Shown here piece by piece: positions 18,160 to 25,391 of a DNA stretch of 42,135 bases (its first letter is position 1; each line of letters begins with the position of its first letter). The notes under the pieces are model-generated. The model worked only from the letters and a program-made list of their open reading frames with translations, made no database searches and was not told the origin of the DNA. This stretch comes from Gammaproteobacteria bacterium (GTDB lineage Bacteria > Pseudomonadota > Gammaproteobacteria > Nitrosococcales > Methylophagaceae): NCBI GenBank assembly GCA_002402245.1, contig NVVP01000003.1, positions 1-42,135 of the forward strand, read 5' to 3'. Position numbers and translations under genes: made by a program.

Positions 18160-18232
18160 GTTTCTGATTCTATATTAGTTAGGGCCATATCCAAAGTAAA
18201 CGCTACTTTAAAAAAACCATTAAACCTTAAAA
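18125..18232. repeat. Copy 1 of a ~107-bp direct repeat (5' end of the DUF2971-like CDS plus its promoter/operator)
   Basis: Aligns with 19154-19260. Fully conserved blocks include ATTATTCATG, TATATTAG and CAAAGTAAACGCTACTTTAAAAAA, followed by CCATTAAACCTTAAAA. Confidence 0.85.
18172..18209 (-). promoter_or_regulatory. Candidate sigma70 promoter (TTTACT-17-TAATAT) with an overlapping dyad AAAGTA-N5-TACTTT, upstream of the DUF2971-like gene
   Basis: On the minus strand the -35 is at 18195-18200 and the -10 at 18172-18177. The dyad at 18193-18209 overlaps the -35. The hexamers and dyad are conserved in copy 2 while the spacer has diverged. Confidence 0.4.
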
Positions 18233-18286
18233 TCATAGGCTGTCCATCACCGACAATGATTTCATAATTATTTTAAACTTCCAGCG

Positions 18287-19102
18287 TTACTGACTAAGTG
18301 ATGCTTTTTTGCCATCTAAATTTATTACATTAACAAGACCGTTACCAGTGTTTTCCTCCGGTCCACTATAGATAATTTGCGAGCCGTTACTATGGTATTG
18401 TTGAATTACCCCACCTTGTCGGGTCGACTCGATCTTAATGAGTTTTTTATCTGCATTCTCATCAAGTAACCTGATAAAGCTTTTGTTTGTATCTCCATAG
18501 ACTCCCATGATCAAGGATTCTTTATTTTTATCATTAAAAAATAACAGTTGCGGCTGATCATTAAATAAAGACAATGAAAGCTTTTTATCTTCAGATTCAT
18601 TATTGATTAAAATCATCCCGTCTCCATCTTGATCTGCTCGGATATCTACAGCTACTATGCCATCCGAATTTTTTATCTCAACCGCACTTAGTGATAATTT
18701 TTGACTTCCATTTTTTAGCTGAGCCAATAAATCATTTACTTTTATCTGTTGAATTTGTTTGATTTTTAAATCAGCAGCATGCCCAGCTTCAGATTCTATC
18801 TCTTGAATGGCCGCTTTTTTTTTCTGCTCTAATTCAGTAGTAGCAGTATCTATTGACGCTTCCCACTTACTGAATTTGTTTTCAAAAGGGGCGGTGCGAT
18901 CATTTAAAGATAAAAGTTTAGTTTCTAAAGATAAAATCTTGTCTTCCAAAGCACTAAACCATGTTGCTCCCCAAATGCCAGCGGCAGAAAACAATGCAAT
19001 TACTAAAAAGCCTGCATATATATTTTTATCTATTTTATGCTTGTACTCTTCTAGAACGGAGAGCCGTTGTTTTAAATCCTGTACTTGTTCATCAGTAGCC
19101 AT
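18287..19102 (-). CDS. Membrane-anchored coiled-coil protein with a C-terminal strand-turn repeat domain; function unknown (prophage cargo)
   Basis: AAAGGA Shine-Dalgarno 7 nt upstream of the ATG. One TM helix at roughly residues 28-50 (IYAGFLVIALFSAAGIWGATWF), flanked by heptad-like segments. Residues ~135-271 form about 11 repeats of 11-14 aa. Confidence 0.8.
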   Translation of the reverse strand: MATDEQVQDLKQRLSVLEEYKHKIDKNIYAGFLVIALFSAAGIWGATWFSALEDKILSLETKLLSLNDRTAPFENKFSKWEASIDTATTELEQKKKAAIQEIESEAGHAADLKIKQIQQIKVNDLLAQLKNGSQKLSLSAVEIKNSDGIVAVDIRADQDGDGMILINNESEDKKLSLSLFNDQPQLLFFNDKNKESLIMGVYGDTNKSFIRLLDENADKKLIKIESTRQGGVIQQYHSNGSQIIYSGPEENTGNGLVNVINLDGKKASLSQ

Positions 19103-19165
19103 AAAAAATCCTTTGGTAGGTAATTCACAACAATGGAATAAAATGTATCGATTGAGCAGTAGTAA

Positions 19166-19189
19166 TCAAAGGCTGTCAGGATTATTCAT
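19166..19189 (-). pseudogene. Relic 5' end of a second DUF2971-type gene (MNNPDSL-stop)
   Basis: ATGAATAATCCTGACAGCCTTTGA aligns with the ATGAATAATACTGACACTCTTTAC start of the intact gene (MNNTDTLY). Confidence 0.5.
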
Positions 19190-19200
19190 GCTTGCACCCT

Positions 19201-19238
19201 ATATTAGATAGAACTATACCCAAAGTAAACGCTACTTT
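19201..19238 (-). promoter_or_regulatory. Second copy of the TTTACT-17-TAATAT promoter plus AAAGTA-N5-TACTTT dyad, upstream of the relic and the 271-aa gene
   Basis: -10 at 19201-19206, -35 at 19224-19229, dyad at 19222-19238. Same geometry as copy 1. Confidence 0.4.
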
Positions 19239-19366
19239 AAAAAACCATTAAACCTTAAAACCCTCATCAATCCTCCACCCCACAGCACGCTGCGCGCTTC
19301 CCCGACCCGACCTGCGGTTTTTAAATGCGGTAAAAATGTGCAGGTAATGTTCTGGTGCAATCGACC

Positions 19367-19391
19367 AAGGTATAAAGGTATTTAAAGGTTA
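19367..19391 (+). repeat. Three tandem AAGGTAT/AAGGTTA motifs (8- and 10-bp spacing)
   Basis: AAGGTATAAAGGTATTTAAAGGTTA, read directly from the sequence. Confidence 0.6.
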
Positions 19392-19473
19392 TGTGCAAAT
19401 AAAAGACTTTATTACACGTGCTGAATAACTGTTTTTAACTGTTTTCTACCAAGCGTGATTTTCATCTAGTGCG

Positions 19474-19486
19474 CGCAAAAGTGTAA
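19474..19486 (+). repeat. Left arm of a 13-bp perfect inverted repeat CGCAAAAGTGTAA
   Basis: The reverse-complement partner is at 19759-19771, 272 bp away. Confidence 0.8.
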
Positions 19487-19551
19487 CTTATGCAACGGTG
19501 TAGGCTATTTATTACTTAACCTACTGTTTTTAAATTAATAAAAAATATATT

Positions 19552-19565
19552 AAAAGTGTAACTAT
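19552..19565 (+). repeat. AAAAGTGTAACTAT motif copy
   Basis: Shares AAAAGTGTAAC with 19477-19487. Confidence 0.7.
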
Positions 19566-19567
19566 TA

Positions 19568-19610
19568 GGGGATAAAAGGTGATAAAAAAGGTGATTATTT
19601 ACAAGGTGTT
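19568..19610 (+). repeat. Phased GGTGAT(A/T)-rich repeats (GGGGATAAAA / GGTGATAAAAAA / GGTGATTATTT / AAGGTGTT)
   Basis: 10-12 bp periodicity with A-tracts; iteron-like or bent DNA. Confidence 0.55.
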
Positions 19611-19651
19611 GTTTTGTATGGTTTTTGTTGTTTTCTCTTGTTATGGTTATT

Positions 19652-19662
19652 AGTGTAACTAT
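19652..19662 (+). repeat. AGTGTAACTAT motif copy
   Basis: Identical 11-mer to 19555-19565. Confidence 0.7.
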
Positions 19663-19758
19663 ATTACATAGTGATCACTTATAAATTACATTCTTCATTA
19701 TCCGTTAAACCTATAAGCACCAATGGATACCGCTTTGTTTTTCGCGCAATCCCATAGA

Positions 19759-19771
19759 TTACACTTTTGCG
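19759..19771 (-). repeat. Right arm of the 13-bp inverted repeat CGCAAAAGTGTAA
   Basis: The plus strand reads TTACACTTTTGCG. Confidence 0.8.
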
Positions 19772-19849
19772 ACACCCTGTATGTTTGTCCTGAATGCATC
19801 GATATCACGTATACGCGGGGTAGTTTTTCGTAAATACGCGAGGAATGCT

Positions 19850-19877
19850 TTGACAGTGGGTTTAAACAGTGTATAGT
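19850..19877 (+). promoter_or_regulatory. Strong sigma70-type promoter TTGACA-16-TATAGT for the rimP-nusA-infB operon
   Basis: Consensus -35 at 19850-19855 and near-consensus -10 at 19872-19877, 167 nt upstream of rimP. Confidence 0.6.
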
Positions 19878-19972
19878 GGCGGTCTTTAAGAGGTCGAGGG
19901 GAAGGGTTAAGCTCTGAACTTCAGTGCAGGGTATCGGTTGTTGCGAGCCCCCGCTACCAATTTAACAAAAAC

Positions 19973-19997
19973 AGACCCCTTTATGGGGTTTTTGTTT
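19973..19997 (+). terminator. Intrinsic terminator/attenuator in the operon leader
   Basis: ACAGACCCC-TTTAT-GGGGTTTTTGTTT: a GC stem followed by a T-run. Confidence 0.6.
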
Positions 19998-20016
19998 ATC
20001 TGGAGGTTAGGAAATT

Positions 20017-20039
20017 GGGCTATAGGCCCTTTTTTTTTA
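20017..20039 (+). terminator. Second weaker leader hairpin with a T9 run
   Basis: GGGC-TATAG-GCCC followed by TTTTTTTTT, ending 4 nt before the rimP ATG. Confidence 0.35.
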
Positions 20040-20043
20040 TGTT

Positions 20044-20490
20044 ATGGCGATACAAGATCAAATTGAACAATTAATTGAGTTGCCAATTGAGTCTCTTGGC
20101 TATGAATTGGTGGGTATTGAATATATAAAGAATGGTCATCACACTGTTCTTAGAATTTATATTGATGCAGAGCAAGGTATCTTGATAGAAGACTGTGAGC
20201 GTGTCAGTCATCAAGTAAGTGGTATCTTAGAAGTTGAAGATCCAATCAGCTCAGCCTACTCATTAGAAGTTTCTTCGCCAGGCTTTGACCGACCTCTATT
20301 TAAAGCAAGAGACTTTGAACGTTTTGCTGGCAGTGAAGCCAAAATTTCAATGAAACTACCTGTTCAAGGACGCCGTAATTTTAAGGGCGTTTTACAAGGA
20401 ATGGATGGCGATGAAATACTGATTTTAGTTGATGGTGAAGAATATGGTCTACCATTAAGCAAATTAGCAAAAGCAAGATTAGTTGCGTAA
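20044..20490 (+). CDS. rimP: Ribosome maturation factor RimP
   Basis: 148 aa. ...SLEVSSPGFDRPL... motif, directly upstream of nusA. Confidence 0.9.
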   Translation: MAIQDQIEQLIELPIESLGYELVGIEYIKNGHHTVLRIYIDAEQGILIEDCERVSHQVSGILEVEDPISSAYSLEVSSPGFDRPLFKARDFERFAGSEAKISMKLPVQGRRNFKGVLQGMDGDEILILVDGEEYGLPLSKLAKARLVA

Positions 20491-20567
20491 AAAAAGCGTA
20501 TTATAGAGTCTTAATCATGACAGGTTAGAATAGGTTTCGTTGAACTAGAAATCCATCGAGGAACAGA

Positions 20568-22082
20568 ATGAATAATAAAGAAATTTTATTGGTTGCAGAT
20601 GCTGTATCAAATGAAAAGGGTGTGCCTAAAGAGCTCATCTTTCAGGCGATAGAATCTGCGCTAGCGATGGCAACACGTAAAAGTAGTGATGATGAGCTAG
20701 ACGCTCGCGTTGTTATTGACCGTGAAACTGGGGATTACGAAACATTTCGCCAATGGTTAGTGGTTGAAGACTCTGAAGAAGCGCTTGAATCTGAACACAC
20801 TCAAATAAGTTATACCGATGCAGTTGACAAGCAAAGTGATATTGAAGTCGGTGGCTATATATTAGAACACATGGAATCAGTTGCTTTTGGTCGCATTGCT
20901 GCACAAACAGCTAAACAAGTGATTGTCCAAAAAGTACGCGAAGCTGAACGAGCTCAAGTTATTGAGCAATATAAAGGTAAAGTGGGTCAATTAATTCACG
21001 GTACAGTTAAGCGTGTAGAACGCGGTATTGTGACATTAGACTTGGGCGGTAATGCTGAAGCCTTTATTCCGCGTGAAGAAATGATTCCTCGTGAAAACTT
21101 TAGAGCAGGTGACCGCGTTCGTGGTTATCTAAAAGAAATTAAAGCAGAAGGTCGGGGCCCACAATTATTGTTGAGTCGCCTTGCACCTGAATTCCTAATC
21201 GAACTATTCAAATTAGAAGTGCCGGAGATTGGTGATGGCATGATTGATATTCGTGGTGCCGCACGTGATGCAGGTCTACGAGCGAAAATCGCCGTTGAAG
21301 CCAAAGAGTTACGAATTGATCCTGTCGGTGCCTGTGTGGGTATGCGTGGTTCACGAGTTCAAGCTATTACTAATGAGCTTGCAGGTGAACGTGTTGACAT
21401 TATTGTGTGGGATGAAGAACCAGCCCGTTTTGCAATTAATGCCATGGCACCCGCAGAAGTATTATCTATTGTGGTTGATGAAGAAGCTCACAGCATGGAT
21501 ATCGCAGTTGAAGATGACCAGTTATCACAAGCAATTGGTCGCGGTGGTCAAAATGTGCGTTTAGCAAGCCAATTAATTGGTTGGACACTTAATGTAATGT
21601 CAGCTAGCAGTGCAGATGAGAAAGTTGAGGCTGAAATTGGTAATCTAGTGAAGTTATTTATGACTGATCTAGGTGTTGATGAAGATGTTGCACTTATCTT
21701 AGCTCAAGAAGGATTCTCTAGCTTAGATGAAGTAGCGTATGTGCCTGAAGAAGAAATGTTGAATATTGATGAGTTTGATGCCGATATCGTAGCAGAGCTT
21801 CGTTCTCGAGCACGAGATATGCTGTTAACCAAAGCAATAGCAAATGAAGAAGAGATAGAATCAGCAGAGCCATCTGCTGGGTTACTAGCTTTAGATGGTG
21901 TAACAAAAGAAATTGCAGTGCTATTAGCACGAAACGGAGTATCGACTGTTGATGACTTAGGTGATCAATCTGTAGATGAACTGGTTGAAATAGAAGGTAT
22001 CGACAATGATGTTGCTGCCAAATTAATTATGGCAGCGCGTGAGACATGGTTTGCTGACGGCGAAGACGAAGCAGGAGAATAA
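20568..22082 (+). CDS. nusA: Transcription termination/antitermination factor NusA
   Basis: 504 aa with an S1/KH region ([41 protein letters not shown]) and C-terminal acidic repeats. Confidence 0.97.
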   Translation: MNNKEILLVADAVSNEKGVPKELIFQAIESALAMATRKSSDDELDARVVIDRETGDYETFRQWLVVEDSEEALESEHTQISYTDAVDKQSDIEVGGYILEHMESVAFGRIAAQTAKQVIVQKVREAERAQVIEQYKGKVGQLIHGTVKRVERGIVTLDLGGNAEAFIPREEMIPRENFRAGDRVRGYLKEIKAEGRGPQLLLSRLAPEFLIELFKLEVPEIGDGMIDIRGAARDAGLRAKIAVEAKELRIDPVGACVGMRGSRVQAITNELAGERVDIIVWDEEPARFAINAMAPAEVLSIVVDEEAHSMDIAVEDDQLSQAIGRGGQNVRLASQLIGWTLNVMSASSADEKVEAEIGNLVKLFMTDLGVDEDVALILAQEGFSSLDEVAYVPEEEMLNIDEFDADIVAELRSRARDMLLTKAIANEEEIESAEPSAGLLALDGVTKEIAVLLARNGVSTVDDLGDQSVDELVEIEGIDNDVAAKLIMAARETWFADGEDEAGE

Positions 22083-22086
22083 CCAG

Positions 22087-24972
22087 ATGAGTGATATTAA
22101 GGTTAAAGACCTAGCAGAAGGTGTTGGCATTTCAGGCGAAAGACTAGTTGAACAACTAGGCGAAGCCGGAGTAGTAGTTGCCAGCCCTGATGATTTGATT
22201 ACAGAAGAGCAAAAGCAAACATTGTTGACCTTTTTGCAACAGCGACATGGTAAAGAAGGTGAGGCAGCTCCTACAAAGAAAATTATCTTAAAGCGTAAAA
22301 CAACAAGCGAAATTAAAGTCGCAAGTGGTGTCGCACGTAAATCAGGTAAGAGTGTCAGCGTTGAAGTACGTAAGAAGCGCTCATTTGTAAAACCAAACCC
22401 TGAAGAAGAAGCTAAAGCAGCACTTGAAGCGCAAGCTAAAAAAGATGCAGAGCAAAAGATTGTTGATGATGCTAAACGTGAAGAAGAACGTTTAGTTGAA
22501 GAAGAAAATCAACGCGTCGCCGAAGAAGAAAAGAAAGAAAAACTAGTCGTCGAGGCTCAAAAGAAACAAGACGAAGATGAAGCTAAGCGTGAGGCAGCAG
22601 TCGTTCAAGCTGCAGTTGATGCAGAAGAGCAAGCAGCGGAAGAAGCACGAGCAGCTGCTGAAGAAGAGAAAAAAGCATTAGCTGAAGAAGCGGCTGAAGC
22701 GAAAAAAGCAGCAGCGAAACCCGCTAAGAAAACTGAAGCAAAATCGGCTAAAAAAGCAGCAGTTCCAGAATTGACCGCATCTCAAATTGCCCATAAAAAA
22801 TTGGAAGAAGCAGATGCGAAGCGTCGCGCAGCCAATATGGCAAGACTTGAAGCAGAAAAAGCATTAAAAGCACGCAAAAAAGCACGACAAGAAGAAGCTA
22901 TTTTAGAAAAAGAGCGTGCAGCTGCGAAGAAAGAGGCTGAAGCTAAAGCTAAAGAGAAAAAGGCCAGTAAAAAAGAAGCCGATAGTGCTAAACCAAAAGA
23001 AGGCGCTACCACCACAGAAGCTGCTAAAGATAGCCCTAGCCGTAGAGGTAGTGGACGTTATGATCGCAAAGATGGTTTTGCTAAGAAAGGCGATCGTAAA
23101 GAGCTTCATGTAACTAACGGCAAAGGTCGACGTAAAAAGAAAAAAGGGCGTGGAGCTCAAGCTGCCCCTGTTATTGAAACATCAACAGAACATGGTTTCA
23201 CATTACCAACAGAACCTGTTATTCATACTGTTGAAATACCAGAGACGATTAGTGTCGCTGATTTAGCATTGCGTATGTCTGTTAAAGCGGCCGAAGTGAT
23301 TAAAGCGCTAATGGGCTTAGGTACAATGGCCACAATTAACCAAGTTCTTGACCAAGATACAGCAACCATTTTGGTTGAAGAAATGGGCCATATTGCTAAG
23401 CCAGTACATGATAATGAGCTTGAAATGTTGCTTACGACAGTTGATTCTGATGAAGGTGAATTAGAAACTCGTGCTCCTGTGGTAACCGTAATGGGTCATG
23501 TTGATCATGGTAAAACATCATTACTTGATTATATTCGTGATACTAAAGTAACGTCAGGTGAAGCAGGTGGTATTACCCAACATATTGGTGCCTATAAAGT
23601 AGCAACAGAACGTGGTGATATAACTTTCTTAGATACACCTGGACATGCGGCATTTACAGAAATGCGTCAACGTGGTGCCAAGGTTACTGATATTGTTGTG
23701 CTTGTAGTGGCTGCTGATGATGGTGTTATGCCACAAACAATTGAAGCTGTTAAGCATGCAAAAGAAGCGAATGCTTTATTAATTATCGCTGTTAATAAAA
23801 TGGATAAAGAAGGTGCTAATCCAGATAGAGTGAAAACAGAGCTAGGTAATCATGATGTTATTCCTGAAGATTGGGGTGGTGATGTACCATTTATTCCAGT
23901 TTCGGCTTTGACAGGGCAAGGTATTGATAATTTATTAGAGACCATTTCATTACAAGCTGAAATGTTAGAGTTAAAAGCACCTGCTACAGGAACTGCAAAA
24001 GGGACTGTAATTGAAGCTCGGTTAGACAAGGGCCGCGGTACTATCGTAACCATATTGGTTCAAAGCGGTACCTTGAACAAGGGTGACATTGTTGTAGTTG
24101 GCCAAGAATATGGTCGTGTTCGTGCATTATTTAATGAAAAGTCTGAATCATTAAACAGTGCGGGACCTTCTACACCGGTTGAATTACTAGGTCTATCAGG
24201 TACACCTGCTTCTGGTGATGAGTTACAAGTAGCTCCTGATGAACGTAAAGCGCGTGAAGTCGCTACGTTGAGAAAAACAAAAGCTCGTGAACTAGTCATG
24301 GCTAAACAACAAGCCGCTAAACTTGATGACATGTTTAATAAAATGGAATCAGGTGACGTTAAAACACTTAATGTTGTGGTTAAAGCTGATGTTCATGGTT
24401 CAGCTGAAGCGGTAAGTCAAAGTTTAATTAAATTATCAACCGAGCAAGTTAAAGTACGTATTGTAGCTTCAGGTGTCGGTGGTATTAATGAAACAGATGC
24501 ACAATTAGCTGGTGCATCAGATGCCATTCTGATTGGTTTCAATGTCCGTGCTGATAACACCGCTCGTCGAATCATTGCTGAAAAAGGACTTGATGTTCAA
24601 TACTTCAGCATTATCTACGATTTGATTGATGTAGTTACAGCTGCAATGACCGGCATGTTAGAGCCTGTTTATAAAGATGAAATTATTGGTCTTGCACGAG
24701 TTGATGATGTATTTAGCTCACCTAAATTTGGTGAAATCGCTGGGTGTTTGGTTACAGAAGGTGTGGTCAAGCGTGATAAGCCAATCCGTGTATTACGTGA
24801 TAATGTGGTTATCTATGAAGGTGAGTTGGAATCATTACGTCGCTTTAAAGATGATGTTAATGAAGTTCAATCGGGTGTTGAGTGTGGTATCGGTGTTAAG
24901 AACTACACCGATGTTAAACCAGGCGATCAGATTGAAGTGTTTGAACGTGTACTAATGACGCCAAAACTATAA
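22087..24972 (+). CDS. infB: Translation initiation factor IF-2
   Basis: G-domain [27 protein letters not shown] prefer the ATG at 22087 ([10 protein letters not shown]), just after the nusA stop, over the track start at 22039. Confidence 0.95.
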   Translation: MSDIKVKDLAEGVGISGERLVEQLGEAGVVVASPDDLITEEQKQTLLTFLQQRHGKEGEAAPTKKIILKRKTTSEIKVASGVARKSGKSVSVEVRKKRSFVKPNPEEEAKAALEAQAKKDAEQKIVDDAKREEERLVEEENQRVAEEEKKEKLVVEAQKKQDEDEAKREAAVVQAAVDAEEQAAEEARAAAEEEKKALAEEAAEAKKAAAKPAKKTEAKSAKKAAVPELTASQIAHKKLEEADAKRRAANMARLEAEKALKARKKARQEEAILEKERAAAKKEAEAKAKEKKASKKEADSAKPKEGATTTEAAKDSPSRRGSGRYDRKDGFAKKGDRKELHVTNGKGRRKKKKGRGAQAAPVIETSTEHGFTLPTEPVIHTVEIPETISVADLALRMSVKAAEVIKALMGLGTMATINQVLDQDTATILVEEMGHIAKPVHDNELEMLLTTVDSDEGELETRAPVVTVMGHVDHGKTSLLDYIRDTKVTSGEAGGITQHIGAYKVATERGDITFLDTPGHAAFTEMRQRGAKVTDIVVLVVAADDGVMPQTIEAVKHAKEANALLIIAVNKMDKEGANPDRVKTELGNHDVIPEDWGGDVPFIPVSALTGQGIDNLLETISLQAEMLELKAPATGTAKGTVIEARLDKGRGTIVTILVQSGTLNKGDIVVVGQEYGRVRALFNEKSESLNSAGPSTPVELLGLSGTPASGDELQVAPDERKAREVATLRKTKARELVMAKQQAAKLDDMFNKMESGDVKTLNVVVKADVHGSAEAVSQSLIKLSTEQVKVRIVASGVGGINETDAQLAGASDAILIGFNVRADNTARRIIAEKGLDVQYFSIIYDLIDVVTAAMTGMLEPVYKDEIIGLARVDDVFSSPKFGEIAGCLVTEGVVKRDKPIRVLRDNVVIYEGELESLRRFKDDVNEVQSGVECGIGVKNYTDVKPGDQIEVFERVLMTPKL

Positions 24973-25382
24973 TGGCTAGAGAATTTAGTCGAACTAATCG
25001 GATTAGTCAGCTGGTAATGCGTGAGCTGGCTCAAATGATTCAACATGAAGTATCGGATCCTCGCGTAGGCTTGGTGACGGTATCTCATGTTGATGTTACT
25101 TCTGATATGAAATATGCCAATGTCTTTGTTACTCGTTTGAATGGTGTTGATTCCGACAAAGATGTCGATGAGTGCTTACAAGGCTTAAAACGCGCGGCAG
25201 GGTATTTACGTCGTAACCTTGCGGGTCGAGTTGAATTACGTAATATTCCAGAGTTACGCTTCCGTTACGATAGATCATTAGAGCGTGGTTTCCAAATGGA
25301 TGAGTTAATTACCAAAGCTAATAAAGGACTTTCTACTGATACTTCATCTGAAGTAGAAGATGAGTCTGGTTCTACTTCATAG
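24972..25382 (+). CDS. rbfA: Ribosome-binding factor A
   Basis: [23 protein letters not shown]... The start overlaps the infB stop (TAATG). Confidence 0.95.
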   Translation: MAREFSRTNRISQLVMRELAQMIQHEVSDPRVGLVTVSHVDVTSDMKYANVFVTRLNGVDSDKDVDECLQGLKRAAGYLRRNLAGRVELRNIPELRFRYDRSLERGFQMDELITKANKGLSTDTSSEVEDESGSTS

Positions 25383-25391
25383 TAAAACTGT

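Larger units (their letters stand above)
1..19260. mobile_element. P2-family prophage, late/structural half plus cargo island; left end runs off the window, right boundary approximate (somewhere between 19103 and 19850)
   Basis: Gene order T-E/E'-FII-FI-G-H-I-J-W-V-S-R-spanins-K-holin-X-L-M-N-O (minus) and P-Q (plus) reproduces the P2 late-gene map. It is followed by non-virion cargo and then the housekeeping operon rimP-nusA-infB. Confidence 0.85.
19154..19260. repeat. Copy 2 of the ~107-bp direct repeat
   Basis: See copy 1. It carries the promoter/operator module plus a relic start region. Confidence 0.85.

Noticed and set aside
18807-19211. 134-aa plus-strand ORF antisense to the 271-aa cargo gene
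   Set aside because: Its sequence is low-complexity and Ser/Phe/Cys-rich, it has no Shine-Dalgarno, and it runs across the minus-strand promoter. The minus-strand ORF is twice as long, has AAAGGA at ideal spacing and has coherent TM and coiled-coil features.
19268-19290. Minus-strand GGGGTGGAG matching nucleotides 4-12 of tRNA-fMet
   Set aside because: This is only a 9-mer, and about 0.3 chance occurrences are expected in the two strands of this window. There is no surrounding tRNA-like sequence.
19367-19771. Short repeats in the junction considered as a CRISPR array
   Set aside because: The repeats are only 7-14 bp, irregularly spaced, in mixed orientation and AT-rich. No 24-48 bp repeat/spacer periodicity exists here or anywhere else in the window.
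19878-19959. Possible tRNA (fMet-like) ending in CCCCGCTACCA in the rimP leader
   Set aside because: The only 5' partner (GGCGGTC, 19878-19884) pairs at 5 of 7 positions and starts 1 nt after the -10 hexamer, so it lies upstream of any likely transcription start. I could build no D, anticodon or T arms, and the T-loop region is TTGTTGC rather than TTCAAAT. I kept it only as a fragment-similarity observation.
22782-23160. Antisense and alternative-frame ORFs in the infB N-terminal region, and the repetitive K/A/E-rich DNA there
   Set aside because: They come from the low-complexity Lys/Ala/Glu-rich linker typical of IF-2 N-terminal domains. This is neither a separate gene nor a repeat element.
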